Shown here: positions 10,071-20,092 of the stretch, piece by piece
Layout: every line of letters begins with the position of its first letter
How positions within the stretch are numbered: the first letter of the stretch is position 1
Source of the DNA: Candidatus Dojkabacteria bacterium
GTDB taxonomy: Bacteria; Patescibacteriota; Dojkabacteria; SC72
Assembly: GCA_012842045.1 (NCBI GenBank)
Contig: DUTP01000005.1
Coordinates: 77,430 to 141,429, forward strand
Direction: 5' to 3'
Length of the DNA: 64,000 nt
Notes under the pieces: generated by a model
Database searches by the model: none
What the model was told of the DNA's origin: nothing
What the model saw: the letters and a program-made list of their open reading frames with translations, nothing else
Translations under genes and position numbers: made by a program

Positions 10071-11150
10071 CTATTCAATATAATCATCAAGTTTTTGTTG
10101 CTCGGATTTCTCTTTGAGTTTTTTTAGTGCTTTTGCTTCTATTTGTCTAATTCTCTCCCTTGTTACACCAAACTCTTTTCCTACCTCTTCTAATGTTCTT
10201 GATACTCCATCTTCTAGTCCAAATCTTAAAGAGAGCACTCTTCTTTCTCTATCTTGTAATCCGTCTAGGATTTCATGTAACTGATTTTTTAGATATTCTG
10301 TTGTGGCATATTCTTCTGGTGATTCTGACCAATCATCTGGGATTAAGTCTTGTAATTTACTATCTTTTTCTTCACCTATTGGTGTTGAGAGAGATGCTGG
10401 ATTTTGGTTAATCTTTTTAATTTCTGCTATTTTTTCTACTTCAACGTCCATTTCTTTGGCAATTTCTTCGTCTGTCGCTGGTCTTCCTAATCTTGTTGCA
10501 AGAATGTTGTTTGTTTTATTGTATTTGTTAATAGTTTCAATCATATGGACAGGGACTCTAATAGTTCTTGCTTGATCTGCAATGGCTCGTGTAATTGCTT
10601 GTCTAATCCACCAAGTAGCATATGTTGAGAATTTGAAACCTTTATTATGGTCAAATTTCTCTACCGCTCTCATTAACCCAATATTTCCCTCTTGTATGAG
10701 GTCTAGAAGCTCTAGATTGGACTTACTATACTTTTTAGCTATACTGACAACCAGTCTTAAATTCGCAGTTGTGAGAAGCTGTACAGCCTCTTCATCCTTG
10801 TTTTCTATCCTCTTGGCTAGAATAACTTCTTCCTCTTTTGTTAAAAGAGGTATTTTTCCAATTTCTGACAAATATGATCTAATGGCATCTGTGGAAAGAG
10901 TAGATTGGATAGATTTAAGTATTTTAATTTTACTCTCAAGAGATAATTCCTCTTGTTCTTGTGGAGGTGCGCTATCCTCTGGTTCTAGCAGTTCTATTTC
11001 ACTTTCCTGTAATTTCACAAAGATTTTATCAAGTAGTTCTATGTTTTCTTCTATTGTTGGAAAAACATCTAAAAGATCTTCCTGTGTAAGAAAACCTTGT
11101 TCTTTTCCTTTTTTTATTAAGAAACTTATTGCTTTCTCGTTACTACCCAT
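10071..11150 (-). CDS. rpoD: RNA polymerase primary sigma factor (sigma-70 family)
   Basis: Region 2 signature [43 protein letters not shown], plus regions 3 and 4. An acidic N-terminal region 1. Confidence 0.9.
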   Translation of the reverse strand: MGSNEKAISFLIKKGKEQGFLTQEDLLDVFPTIEENIELLDKIFVKLQESEIELLEPEDSAPPQEQEELSLESKIKILKSIQSTLSTDAIRSYLSEIGKIPLLTKEEEVILAKRIENKDEEAVQLLTTANLRLVVSIAKKYSKSNLELLDLIQEGNIGLMRAVEKFDHNKGFKFSTYATWWIRQAITRAIADQARTIRVPVHMIETINKYNKTNNILATRLGRPATDEEIAKEMDVEVEKIAEIKKINQNPASLSTPIGEEKDSKLQDLIPDDWSESPEEYATTEYLKNQLHEILDGLQDRERRVLSLRFGLEDGVSRTLEEVGKEFGVTRERIRQIEAKALKKLKEKSEQQKLDDYIE

Positions 11151-11160
11151 TGATTATTTA

Positions 11161-11169
11161 TGGTATAAT
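11161..11169 (+). promoter_or_regulatory. Extended -10 TGGTATAAT lying 6 nt upstream of the ATG at 11176 (leaderless)
   Basis: ttaTGGTATAATttatatATGgac. Confidence 0.45.
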
Positions 11170-11175
11170 TTATAT

Positions 11176-11514
11176 ATGGACAGTGTTAGTAATGCCTTGT
11201 TGCAAAAGAAACAATTTTTTATCGATTCAGTTGCAAAATTTTGTGATAAATGTGGCACCCCTTATACTGTCGATGATCTTAATATCGTCCAGAGCACTGG
11301 AGCTGGGACGATTATACACTTTTCTTGTCAAAATTGTAAGTCTAAACACGTTGCTTCTTTGGTAATGCCTTTGGGATTATCCCAAAGAATGCCTGTTAAT
11401 ATGGATTTGGACAGTTCTGAGATGGAGAAGTTTATGTCACAAAAAGAGTTGACTAAACAGAATATACTTGAAGCTTATGAAGAACTTAAGGATTTGAAAA
11501 CCATAACTCTTTAA
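11176..11514 (+). CDS. Small zinc-ribbon protein (112 aa, CxxC-N24-CxxC), divergent from rpoD
   Basis: The only non-antisense part of the 310-aa track ORF 10582..11514. Sequence MDSVSNALLQKKQFFIDSVAKFCDKCGTPYTVDDLNIVQSTGAGTIIHFSCQNCKSKH. Has its own extended -10. Confidence 0.5.
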   Translation: MDSVSNALLQKKQFFIDSVAKFCDKCGTPYTVDDLNIVQSTGAGTIIHFSCQNCKSKHVASLVMPLGLSQRMPVNMDLDSSEMEKFMSQKELTKQNILEAYEELKDLKTITL

Positions 11515-14500
11515 GATGGTTTGTTCCACATAAGTTTGTATTGCATGTCTCTACTGAGATCAAATCTTCCAGATAGTTGGTTACTAATGGTGTTAAGTCT
11601 TGCTGATTCTACCAGAACCCATGTTGAAGGGAAGATAATATCAAGTTTGTAGGCATGTTTTCTCTCTCCTGCTTGTTTAAATATGTCTAAATCAAAGAAG
11701 ATAGCAGATTCCTCTTCGACTAACGGGAATGTAGAACCCATGTCTCCTCTGTGTAATTGATATGAAATTTCTAATGTGGAGATTTCTCCTACTGGAACAT
11801 TAAACCAACCTCCTATTATCTTAAAACCGCTTTCCCTGTAAATTGAGTGTTTTTCCTCATCCATACCGACGACTTTTAATATTTGTGCTTCAGGAGGAAT
11901 ATACACTCTCTGGTAGTTTTTGTAATCTCCCTGAGGGTATGAATTTGATGTGGAGGTGTTTTCGACAGAAAGTGTGTATTGAAAGGTTATTGTATCTTCG
12001 TCTTTAATATTTACTAAGAGTGCATGACTTTTGTTTAGATATTGATTAGCTTTGTTGCCACCCCAGTTCCAATCAACAAGGACAGGAGCCTCTTTGTATC
12101 TGTTGTCTAAGCTACCGGCCCAATTTCTACTGTTAAAGAAGTTAAATGCTTTGTTGTTTTCAAATGCTACTTGTAGATGTTTTTCATTTAGAGAACTTTC
12201 TAGCACATCGCTAATACTAAGAATCTCTTGGAAGTTCATCGAGAGGAGTTTTTTAATAATTTCATTTGCTAGATTGGCTAAGAAGGTAGTTTTTTGAGTT
12301 GAGCCAGGTGTGAATTCTCTATGCATTTCAAAGACCTTTTCATTAATATTCTGAGCTGTAATTAGCTCGTCCTCACCAGGAACTTCTATCCCTCCCCACT
12401 TGTCTAATAGTTTTTGGAAGAATGCTATGTCAATAGTTATTATCCCATCTATCTTATTTCCTTTTCCTAAATCTGAAATGAATTGCTCTGCTTTGACTCT
12501 TGTTTCTGTTAGATCGGGACTCCAGTTCACTAGTGAGAAAGTCCAATCTCTTAGCTCCAGGGCTTCCATCATAGAGGTTGGTGCTGGGTATTTCTTTCCT
12601 TGTATTTTCAGAGTGCCCTCAGCGTTGTAAATATCATCAACAAAGAGCTCTCTAATCTGTCCTCCTTCTATACCTACAACCCCATAGCTAGTTATCCATC
12701 CTCCGGTAGATCTAATCTCGGACTCGTTTTGTAGGAGAACTAAGTATCTTTTCCTCTCTTCTACACCAAGAATGTCGGGTAGGAATGTAACGGCTTCTTG
12801 ATATGTGACTGTTGCTTCTCCAGCTTTTTTAACAATATCCTTAATTTCTAGTACTTTATCTTGTGCAAATTTAGGAAAAACAGAGGTGTTTACATTTTTC
12901 AATAACTGGTCGGCAAATTGAATTTTATATGCTGCATCTTCTATTTTATGCTTATTTCTATCAATTTCTCTTAGTTGCTCTCTATATTCTCTTGTGGTCG
13001 ATGCGGTACTATCCTGAAATGTCACTGCAGGTTCAAACTCTCTAATATAGGACATTAACGGCGATATCGCCTCTGTGAGTTGTCTCCCTCCCTCTATTGT
13101 ATTTTCTCCTGCAATGAAAACCCGTGAGATGTTACTGTAAACATCTTCTTTCCCGAAGATTGTGAACATCCAAGACATATTGTTAAAGCTATCTGCTGTT
13201 CTAGCTATGCTCTTTTCTAAGCGATCGAAGCTTTTGTTAACATCTGTATCCTGAGCATTGTTTATGGAGTCGAGAATTTTGGTTGCTTTTGATTTAACAG
13301 AGATTAGGCCAAATGTTGTTCCAAGTGTAGGATAGACAACAAAGTATGAGAAAAGTGTTAGAAGGAGTACAATGAAGAGGTTCTTCAAGATGGCTTTGGG
13401 AGTTGGTTTGGAAGTACTTCTGTATGCTTTGATTTTTCTAAAAGGTTCTCCCAATTTATATATTAATGCTCCTAATTCAGTCTTTGTTTCTTTTATATGT
13501 TTTTTGGGCTTTATTCCTATCTTTTTAGGAGATTCTTTCTTAGTAATATCCCAAGATTTGTTGATGTTATCATAATATACTTGTATCTGTTCAATCATTG
13601 CCTTTTCTAGTGTGATTTGTTGAGTCCAACCGTATTTTGTAGCGTGTGGTGCTGGTACATAGAGGTCTTGTATGAGGAAGTTTTCTTCTGGATTGTCTAC
13701 GAATCTAATACTTTGAGCTTCTGTGTTTAATTCCAAGAGTTTATATGCTAACGAGAGCAGTGTGTAATCATTTTTGTTTGCCAAAGATATTACTTCTCCT
13801 TTTGTTTTGTTTGAGAAGGTAAGTTTAAGTATTCCGTATACGGCATCATCTTCGTGTATTAAGTTGTAAATATCTAAACCTTCTCCTCTGATGGTTATCT
13901 GTACATCATCTGTAGCCTCTTTGAAGAGTCGATCTAAAGTAGTATCTTTTATTTTATCAACACCTTTCCCAATTAGTGTTCCAACTCTTAAGATTCTAGC
14001 ATTTATATTAGATTTATCTTTAAATTCTGCAACAAGTGTTTCGCAATATTTTTGTAATTCTATATTAGAATACGGAGTGGGTGTTGCTAGCTTTGTATTA
14101 TTAATCCTGTTCGCTAGTTCCCTGTTAAGTCCTAATGATGTTATTAAAGAGAATTTAGCGTCATTCTTCTTGGCTTGAGTTAGGGCTAATTCTAACTGTT
14201 TTGTTTCTGACAGAAATTCTTTACTATCAAACTCTGTCTGTGAAAGCTTATCTTCCAAGAGGTAGTAAACATAATCGAATCTTTTTATGTTTTTAAATAC
14301 AGAGTCAAAACCTTTAAAGTCAAAGAAATCTACCAAATCAGATCTTTTTAATTCTGAAACATATTTCCTTGTTTCTGAGTTAAATTTATCAATTACTACC
14401 ACATATCCTTTTTGATCGACAAGTGCTTTTGCTAGTTTGTAACCTAACCTATTTCCTCCATGAATGATCAAAGTGATAGGTGTGTTGCTTTTAACTTTAT

Positions 14501-14519
14501 TGAATCTTAAATTACTCAT
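11511..14519 (-). CDS. 1002-aa fusion protein: N-terminal NAD(P)-binding epimerase/dehydratase-like Rossmann domain, one TM helix, ~600-aa extracytoplasmic domain of unknown function
   Basis: TLIIHGGNRLGYKLAKAL glycine-rich dinucleotide-binding loop; TM NLFIVLLLTLFSYFVVY at about residue 380; large C-terminal domain. ATGA 4-nt overlap with the upstream PEGA gene. Confidence 0.55.
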   Translation of the reverse strand: MSNLRFNKVKSNTPITLIIHGGNRLGYKLAKALVDQKGYVVVIDKFNSETRKYVSELKRSDLVDFFDFKGFDSVFKNIKRFDYVYYLLEDKLSQTEFDSKEFLSETKQLELALTQAKKNDAKFSLITSLGLNRELANRINNTKLATPTPYSNIELQKYCETLVAEFKDKSNINARILRVGTLIGKGVDKIKDTTLDRLFKEATDDVQITIRGEGLDIYNLIHEDDAVYGILKLTFSNKTKGEVISLANKNDYTLLSLAYKLLELNTEAQSIRFVDNPEENFLIQDLYVPAPHATKYGWTQQITLEKAMIEQIQVYYDNINKSWDITKKESPKKIGIKPKKHIKETKTELGALIYKLGEPFRKIKAYRSTSKPTPKAILKNLFIVLLLTLFSYFVVYPTLGTTFGLISVKSKATKILDSINNAQDTDVNKSFDRLEKSIARTADSFNNMSWMFTIFGKEDVYSNISRVFIAGENTIEGGRQLTEAISPLMSYIREFEPAVTFQDSTASTTREYREQLREIDRNKHKIEDAAYKIQFADQLLKNVNTSVFPKFAQDKVLEIKDIVKKAGEATVTYQEAVTFLPDILGVEERKRYLVLLQNESEIRSTGGWITSYGVVGIEGGQIRELFVDDIYNAEGTLKIQGKKYPAPTSMMEALELRDWTFSLVNWSPDLTETRVKAEQFISDLGKGNKIDGIITIDIAFFQKLLDKWGGIEVPGEDELITAQNINEKVFEMHREFTPGSTQKTTFLANLANEIIKKLLSMNFQEILSISDVLESSLNEKHLQVAFENNKAFNFFNSRNWAGSLDNRYKEAPVLVDWNWGGNKANQYLNKSHALLVNIKDEDTITFQYTLSVENTSTSNSYPQGDYKNYQRVYIPPEAQILKVVGMDEEKHSIYRESGFKIIGGWFNVPVGEISTLEISYQLHRGDMGSTFPLVEEESAIFFDLDIFKQAGERKHAYKLDIIFPSTWVLVESARLNTISNQLSGRFDLSRDMQYKLMWNKPS

Positions 14520-15166
14520 ACTTCATTTGCTTCCACAATATCCTCGGTTGTTGGGATAGGGAATTGGTAAACCTTTAAGTTTAATTGATATTTTTCTCGT
14601 ACTAGTATTGGAATCTCAATTGGAAGATATCCTTCACTTTCGATTCTTATCTTGTGCTCTCCTTCCGTTAACTCTAAATTTGTGATGGAAGATCTGTTCA
14701 TAAATTCTTTGTCTACATATATTTTAGCATCAGAAGAATTCCCAGTTATTGTTAAAAATCCTTTTTCAGCAGGACTTCTCATTGGTGTATAGTAGAGTAT
14801 TGTCCCATGTAGCAGCTCTTCTGGACCAATCTCTAAATCAATTCTAGCAGATGTGTTTTTTGCAAGTTCTATATTAAAAGAATGTTTTTTGTAGAATGAG
14901 TTCTCTGGAGCAATTCTCTCAAGGTCAACAACATATTTTCCTTCAGGTAAATCTTCTATGGTGACTGGAGTTTCTCCTTCATCTTTTTCGTTGATTTGTA
15001 CTTTTGCTTTGCCATTTTGTACAACGACCTCTAATGTTGTGTTATTGTAGAATCTGTTGAGGAAAGGTAATTTTCCTATTAGTTTGCTGGGTGGGAAGAA
15101 GTAGAAAAGTACAGATAGTACAACGATGGAAACTATTATGATTATGGCAGTTTTTATTTTCTTCAT
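14516..15166 (-). CDS. PEGA-domain membrane-anchored protein
   Basis: N-terminal TM followed by two PEGA-like motifs (LPEGKYVVD; LTEGEHKIRIESEGY). Confidence 0.55.
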   Translation of the reverse strand: MKKIKTAIIIIVSIVVLSVLFYFFPPSKLIGKLPFLNRFYNNTTLEVVVQNGKAKVQINEKDEGETPVTIEDLPEGKYVVDLERIAPENSFYKKHSFNIELAKNTSARIDLEIGPEELLHGTILYYTPMRSPAEKGFLTITGNSSDAKIYVDKEFMNRSSITNLELTEGEHKIRIESEGYLPIEIPILVREKYQLNLKVYQFPIPTTEDIVEANEV

Positions 15167-15198
15167 ACTTTCATTATATGAACAACTCTATCTTTTGT

Positions 15199-15870
15199 CT
15201 ATGGTTGCTTACTAATGAATGAAGAGTATTTAGCTAACTCTTCTCTGAGGTTTCTATCTATGACTAATCCGCTCCACCCATCTTCTTTTCTAACAACATT
15301 TACTACAACAATATCTGCACCGTTGAATAGGGCTGACTGAAGCTCTTTTTGATCTATTCCGCCAGCTGCTCCCACAACAACATTCCATTTACCCTTTATT
15401 TTGGCTATATTTCTGTATTGGATGATTTCACCATAACTGTTTTCTTCATCTCTTCCTCTGTGTATACAGACAACATCAGGGATTATATCTGCTTTCCAGA
15501 GAGATCTTAGAGGATCAGGTGTATTTATCATATCAATCACAGACTTAATATCATTCTTTTTACAAACATCTACAAAAATTCTTAAAGTCTCTTCAGAAGC
15601 ATTGCCTAGAGCAGTAATATAGTCTGCACCAGCTGCTTTTGCCATCTCGACCTCTGCTTTCGCACCATCAACAACTTTGATATCTGCGCATATTAATCCG
15701 CTCCACAGAGATCTCATTCTTCTAACAACATCAATACCTTCCTTTTTGATTAATGGGGTTCCAGCTTCGATTATTATGTTAGGATTCTTTGGAATATATG
15801 GAAGTACAGAAAAAAAGTCTTGAAAAGAAGAGTTAAATGCTAGTTGTAAAAACCTTTTATTTCTTGCCAT
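15199..15870 (-). CDS. 3-hexulose-6-phosphate synthase / KGPDC (OMP-decarboxylase suprafamily) protein
   Basis: IIEAGTPLIKKEG and the DIKVVDGA (DxKxxD) motif. Confidence 0.5.
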   Translation of the reverse strand: MARNKRFLQLAFNSSFQDFFSVLPYIPKNPNIIIEAGTPLIKKEGIDVVRRMRSLWSGLICADIKVVDGAKAEVEMAKAAGADYITALGNASEETLRIFVDVCKKNDIKSVIDMINTPDPLRSLWKADIIPDVVCIHRGRDEENSYGEIIQYRNIAKIKGKWNVVVGAAGGIDQKELQSALFNGADIVVVNVVRKEDGWSGLVIDRNLREELAKYSSFISKQP

Positions 15871-16639
15871 TCCTTACAATACTTTCTACTCCATCAAAAA
15901 AGTTTGTTGGCATTGCAATAATGATTTTTTCTGATGGGTCAGCTGAAATTTCCTTTAGAGTTTGTAATGTTCTTAGAGATAGTGCTCCAGGAGCTTGAGA
16001 GAGTGTCATGGATGCTTCTGCTAGTTTAACAGCAGCTTCTTTTTCACCTTCTGCTTTGATGATTCTTGCTTTTCTATCTCTTTCTGCTTCTGCCTGTTGA
16101 GCCATAGCTCTTTTCATATCTGCAGGAATTTCAATGTTTTGAATTTCAATTGCTGCAATATCTACACCCCATCCTTCTGCTGCACTATCTACGATATTCT
16201 TAATTTCTTCTGCAATTTTAGTTCTTTGAGAAAGTAATGCATCTAATGTAACACTACCGATAATGTCTCTTAGTGCTGTTTGAGATTTAGCAGATATTTG
16301 ATTGATGTAGTGCTGAACTTTAAAAATAGCAACACTAGGATTTACGACTTGGAATCTAACAATACCATCGACCATACATGAGACATTGTCCAAAGTGATA
16401 GCTTCTTGAGTAGGAATGTCCATAACTTGCTCTCGAATATCAACTTTTTGTAGTTTTTCCGCAAATGGGATGATAAAGTTGATACCAGGAGTGACCGTTC
16501 TATTGTATTTCCCAAATCGAACAACCAGTGCATGATATCCTTCTGGAACAATTTTTATAAAAGTTACCAGAACAATTAGAACCAAAACAACAAGAATTAT
16601 AATTCCTTCCATGATATTTAAAAGGTTAATATTAAACAA
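15857..16639 (-). CDS. SPFH/band-7 (stomatin-like) membrane protein
   Basis: N-terminal TM, SPFH core (IVPEGYHALVVRFGKY...), C-terminal AQQAEAERDRKARIIKAEGEKEAA coiled coil. Confidence 0.85.
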   Translation of the reverse strand: MFNINLLNIMEGIIILVVLVLIVLVTFIKIVPEGYHALVVRFGKYNRTVTPGINFIIPFAEKLQKVDIREQVMDIPTQEAITLDNVSCMVDGIVRFQVVNPSVAIFKVQHYINQISAKSQTALRDIIGSVTLDALLSQRTKIAEEIKNIVDSAAEGWGVDIAAIEIQNIEIPADMKRAMAQQAEAERDRKARIIKAEGEKEAAVKLAEASMTLSQAPGALSLRTLQTLKEISADPSEKIIIAMPTNFFDGVESIVRNGKK

Positions 16640-16677
16640 AACTATTGTATTCTAATAACTCAATATTTGCAATTAAT

Positions 16678-17886
16678 CTAGTAGGAAAATCTAGATTCTG
16701 GTGATTCTGTCTTCTTTTTCTCTTTCCTTTTTTTAGATGCTCGAATATTTGTGTAGAGTATTAATCCTATACCTAAAGCAAGGGAAAGAACTAAAGCGAA
16801 ATATCTCACAGCACCAGCAGTAAGAATGGCAAATGATCCAAAGAAGAGAGTGATGATGATCTCAACGAGCACTATCTGAGTTCTTGATAATCCCAGCTTT
16901 ATTAATTGATGATGAAAATGTTCTGGTCCACTAATCCGCATTAAATCTAGTAGGTTTTTAGGCTTATGTATTATATATCTTCTGATAACGACATATGCGA
17001 AATCCAGTAATGGCAGAGTTAAGAGAATTAAGGTGGTTGAGAGTTTAGCATCAGTAACTATTGAAAGCACACAGATTAAAAAGCCGTATACGCTCTTACC
17101 TGCCGAACCAGTCATGATTTTTTGAGGTGGTAGGGCGAAGATAAAGAAGACTAGCATACCTCCTGCTATGAGGATTGATAGTGCTGATGAAAATAGGGAT
17201 TGTGTTCTTACTCCGATAATAAAAATTAGTAAAAAGATAATTAATGAATTTCCTTCGATGATACCAGGAGAGCCAGCTGTCCATTTGAATGCATTTATAC
17301 AAACAATTATCCAAAGTATTAGTATTAAATCTCCTGGGAAAACAAAAGATTGTTGTAATCCAAATATAGAGAAGTTCCAAGTGTATGCATCCAATGGTAG
17401 GTTAATAATGGAAAGATTAGTGAGATTAATTATTGAAAAAGCAATGATGATTGCAGCTATTGTTTGATAGAGAAATTGTATTTTGGCAGGCAAATTAAAA
17501 ATATCATCTAAAGCTGAACCAACTACAAGCACTAGTATTGCTATAAATATTGGAATGGTAAAACTATTCATCTCAAAGAACAGAGGTATTGCTACTAATA
17601 CAGGTATGGTAATAGCTAATCCTCCTAGAGATGGTGTAATACCCTCATGTAAAGCTTTCTTCTCATTCTCAAAATCTTTACCCAACCTTTTCTCTTTGGG
17701 TTTGTAGGTAATATCGTATTTTAGTGCTATATGACCGATTAATGGTGTTAAGATAAGTGAAACTATCGCTCCGATTAAGAATATTGGGAGATATTTTAGA
17801 TAGGCGACCCAAACTTCAGATAATGTGGAAAAATCAATAAGTTCTAGTGTTTTAAGTAAGAGTACTGTACTTCTTGACCAGTCCAT
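16678..17886 (-). CDS. Polyprenyl-phosphate sugar-1-phosphate transferase (MraY/WecA, GT4 family)
   Basis: About ten TM helices, a DDxxN-type cytoplasmic loop (ALDDIFNLPAK) and an HHxxLIKLG loop. Confidence 0.65.
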   Translation of the reverse strand: MDWSRSTVLLLKTLELIDFSTLSEVWVAYLKYLPIFLIGAIVSLILTPLIGHIALKYDITYKPKEKRLGKDFENEKKALHEGITPSLGGLAITIPVLVAIPLFFEMNSFTIPIFIAILVLVVGSALDDIFNLPAKIQFLYQTIAAIIIAFSIINLTNLSIINLPLDAYTWNFSIFGLQQSFVFPGDLILILWIIVCINAFKWTAGSPGIIEGNSLIIFLLIFIIGVRTQSLFSSALSILIAGGMLVFFIFALPPQKIMTGSAGKSVYGFLICVLSIVTDAKLSTTLILLTLPLLDFAYVVIRRYIIHKPKNLLDLMRISGPEHFHHQLIKLGLSRTQIVLVEIIITLFFGSFAILTAGAVRYFALVLSLALGIGLILYTNIRASKKRKEKKKTESPESRFSY

Positions 17887-18357
17887 TTAGTTATTTACTA
17901 AATTAACTAAAATCACAGTCAGCGAGATTATAGCGATTATTATACTTACAAGCAAAAGTTTTGTTAAATGTTTTTCTCTGCTGTAGTTTCTAGATGCAAA
18001 AATAAATGTGGGGACTGAGATAGTAGTTGAGATAATAGGGTATAAGTAAATCATTTCCTTTGGTGTGAGTATATTTTTGGGGTTTATATAAAACTTGAAA
18101 ATAGGAAGAGATGTTGGAAGCGAATTAATATTTGTAGAAATAATATATACTTGATAGAGAGTTAAAATAAGAAAAGCCATTAAAGCAGCCCACACAAGAG
18201 GGTCTTTCAAAAACTTTACAACCTCCAACTTGATAACAACATCATCAAAGTCTTTTTTGATTTTATAGAATCTATTTTTAAAAGGCTCTTCTATCTCTAA
18301 ATCTAATTGTTTATATTGTTCCTCTTCTGTTTTTCCTTTTTTAGAAACTTTTTTCAT
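17887..18357 (-). CDS. Hypothetical membrane protein (156 aa)
   Basis: ORF with several TM helices, directly abutting the transferase gene. Confidence 0.4.
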   Translation of the reverse strand: MKKVSKKGKTEEEQYKQLDLEIEEPFKNRFYKIKKDFDDVVIKLEVVKFLKDPLVWAALMAFLILTLYQVYIISTNINSLPTSLPIFKFYINPKNILTPKEMIYLYPIISTTISVPTFIFASRNYSREKHLTKLLLVSIIIAIISLTVILVNLVNN

Positions 18358-18380
18358 AGCTGTATTATATCAAAAACACA

Positions 18381-19166
18381 TCATTTTGCTCTTTTTGAAA
18401 AAAGAAACAGATAATCTTCTATTGTTAGATGTTGTGGTCGTAAGTTTAAAAGTTCTTTCGCTTTCTCTCCTATTTCGTATGGGAAATAGCTTTTTAAGTT
18501 GTTTTGTAGCTTCTTTCGTGGTTGTTTGTATGCTTGGAGAAGGAAGTTTTCGAAGTTTTCTGCTTCTTCTTTTGATTGAAAGAAAGTTTTCTCCTGAGGT
18601 GTAAACATGATAAATGAGCTCACAACTTTTGGTTTTGGTTTAAATGACTCAGGTGATATATCAAAAAGTTTCTTACATGTAGCATATATTTCGGTTTTTA
18701 AGGAAAGAAAGGTTGTATCTGGTGTGTTTGCTGTGTACTTTTCTGCAACTTCCTTCTGGATTATGAAATATGCTGACATATTGAAGAAGTTTGATTCTAT
18801 TACTTTTGATATAATTCTCTTACTTATATTGTATGGCAGAGAACCAAAGAAAAGAATTTTCTTTCCTTTAAACTTCTCTAATTGAGAGAAATCCCACTCT
18901 AAGAAATCTATATTGACAACTTCTTGTTCAGGGTAATGGTTTAAAAGTCCCTCTGCTAAAGTATTATCTTTCTCTACTAAAAGTAGTTTTTTACCTCCTT
19001 GCTGCAAAAGTGAAGAGAAATATCCATGCCCAGGACCTATCTCAACTATTAGTTCCGGATTTTCTACTAAAACTGTATCAACAATTTTCTTCGCGAGATT
19101 CTCATTAACAAAGAAATTCTGTCCTAGAGATCTTTTAGGTTCTATCATTGTACTCTGAAATCCCAA
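18381..19166 (-). CDS. rsmA: 16S rRNA (adenine1518/1519-N6)-dimethyltransferase
   Basis: SLGQNFFVN...EIGPGHGYFS KsgA motifs. Confidence 0.85.
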   Translation of the reverse strand: MGFQSTMIEPKRSLGQNFFVNENLAKKIVDTVLVENPELIVEIGPGHGYFSSLLQQGGKKLLLVEKDNTLAEGLLNHYPEQEVVNIDFLEWDFSQLEKFKGKKILFFGSLPYNISKRIISKVIESNFFNMSAYFIIQKEVAEKYTANTPDTTFLSLKTEIYATCKKLFDISPESFKPKPKVVSSFIMFTPQEKTFFQSKEEAENFENFLLQAYKQPRKKLQNNLKSYFPYEIGEKAKELLNLRPQHLTIEDYLFLFSKRAK

Positions 19167-20092
19167 ACATTATCTTTTTTCTCAAATGTGATATTACATT
19201 TTTTGCAACTTGCACTATCTTGTTCGATTTCTAGATTCCCTTTACACTGAGGACAACAAAGTATATCTTCAATCTTTGCATATTTTTCTTCCTGTTTATC
19301 TTCTTTCTTAAGTATTGTGTCAAAAACAACACTAGGTGGAATATTTGTCCAAGAGAATATACTTCTTGCAATTTTTTCAAGAAAGAGTAGGGTATCATCA
19401 TTGAAGAGTTTCTTTAAGAGTGGAGATCTAAGGAAAGAACAACCTCTCTTCTTCTTGACAGTAAAACCTTGTTCCATGAGAAGTTTTTTAACATGTTTGG
19501 GGTGGAAGTTGTAGAAAATACCTTCTACATTATCTGATCCTTCGGCCATTGTGAGAGCTGGTTGTGCGTATGGTTCTTGGGAGAAAAACTTAAAGTTTCC
19601 TTTTAACAGAGCTCGAACTGTGGCTTTGATATGTACTTTATTTGCAAATTCCTGTACATATTCAGCATCATTTGTAAGTATTCTTCTTAATTCTTTGTAG
19701 TAACTTTCTGGATGTTCTATATGATGCAGTACTCTCACCATTAATGCCCCATCAAACACATTTTCCTTAAAAGGCATTTTGTATGCATTTGCTGCAATTA
19801 ATTCTGTGTTAGGATACTTATTTTTAATTATTTCCCAATTGTTTCTTAATGTTTTTGCTGAGTAATCAAGAATGATAGGATGTTGGTATTTTGAGTAGTA
19901 GCTGTTGGTTAACCTTCCATATGATCCACCAACATCTAAAAACCAATCACCTCTTTTCCCATCAAAAATATTATCTAACAGTGTTTTTTCAGCTAAGTCT
20001 TCATATCTTCTCTTTTTCCAATATTGAGAGTAGTCATAGCTAAATTGATCATAATCCGAGACATTGTATGTAAACTGTTTTGTATTACTCAT
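19145..20092 (-). CDS. Class I SAM-dependent methyltransferase fused to a C-terminal Trm112-like zinc ribbon
   Basis: Motif I FLDVGGSYG; C-terminal CCPQCKGNL...CKKCN ribbon. 22-nt overlap with rsmA. Confidence 0.6.
   Translation of the reverse strand: MSNTKQFTYNVSDYDQFSYDYSQYWKKRRYEDLAEKTLLDNIFDGKRGDWFLDVGGSYGRLTNSYYSKYQHPIILDYSAKTLRNNWEIIKNKYPNTELIAANAYKMPFKENVFDGALMVRVLHHIEHPESYYKELRRILTNDAEYVQEFANKVHIKATVRALLKGNFKFFSQEPYAQPALTMAEGSDNVEGIFYNFHPKHVKKLLMEQGFTVKKKRGCSFLRSPLLKKLFNDDTLLFLEKIARSIFSWTNIPPSVVFDTILKKEDKQEEKYAKIEDILCCPQCKGNLEIEQDSASCKKCNITFEKKDNVWDFRVQ

Noticed and set aside
10582-11175. 5' two-thirds of the 310-aa plus-strand ORF 10582..11514
   Set aside because: Antisense to rpoD. 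Only the part downstream of the ATG at 11176, which has its own promoter, is taken as a gene.
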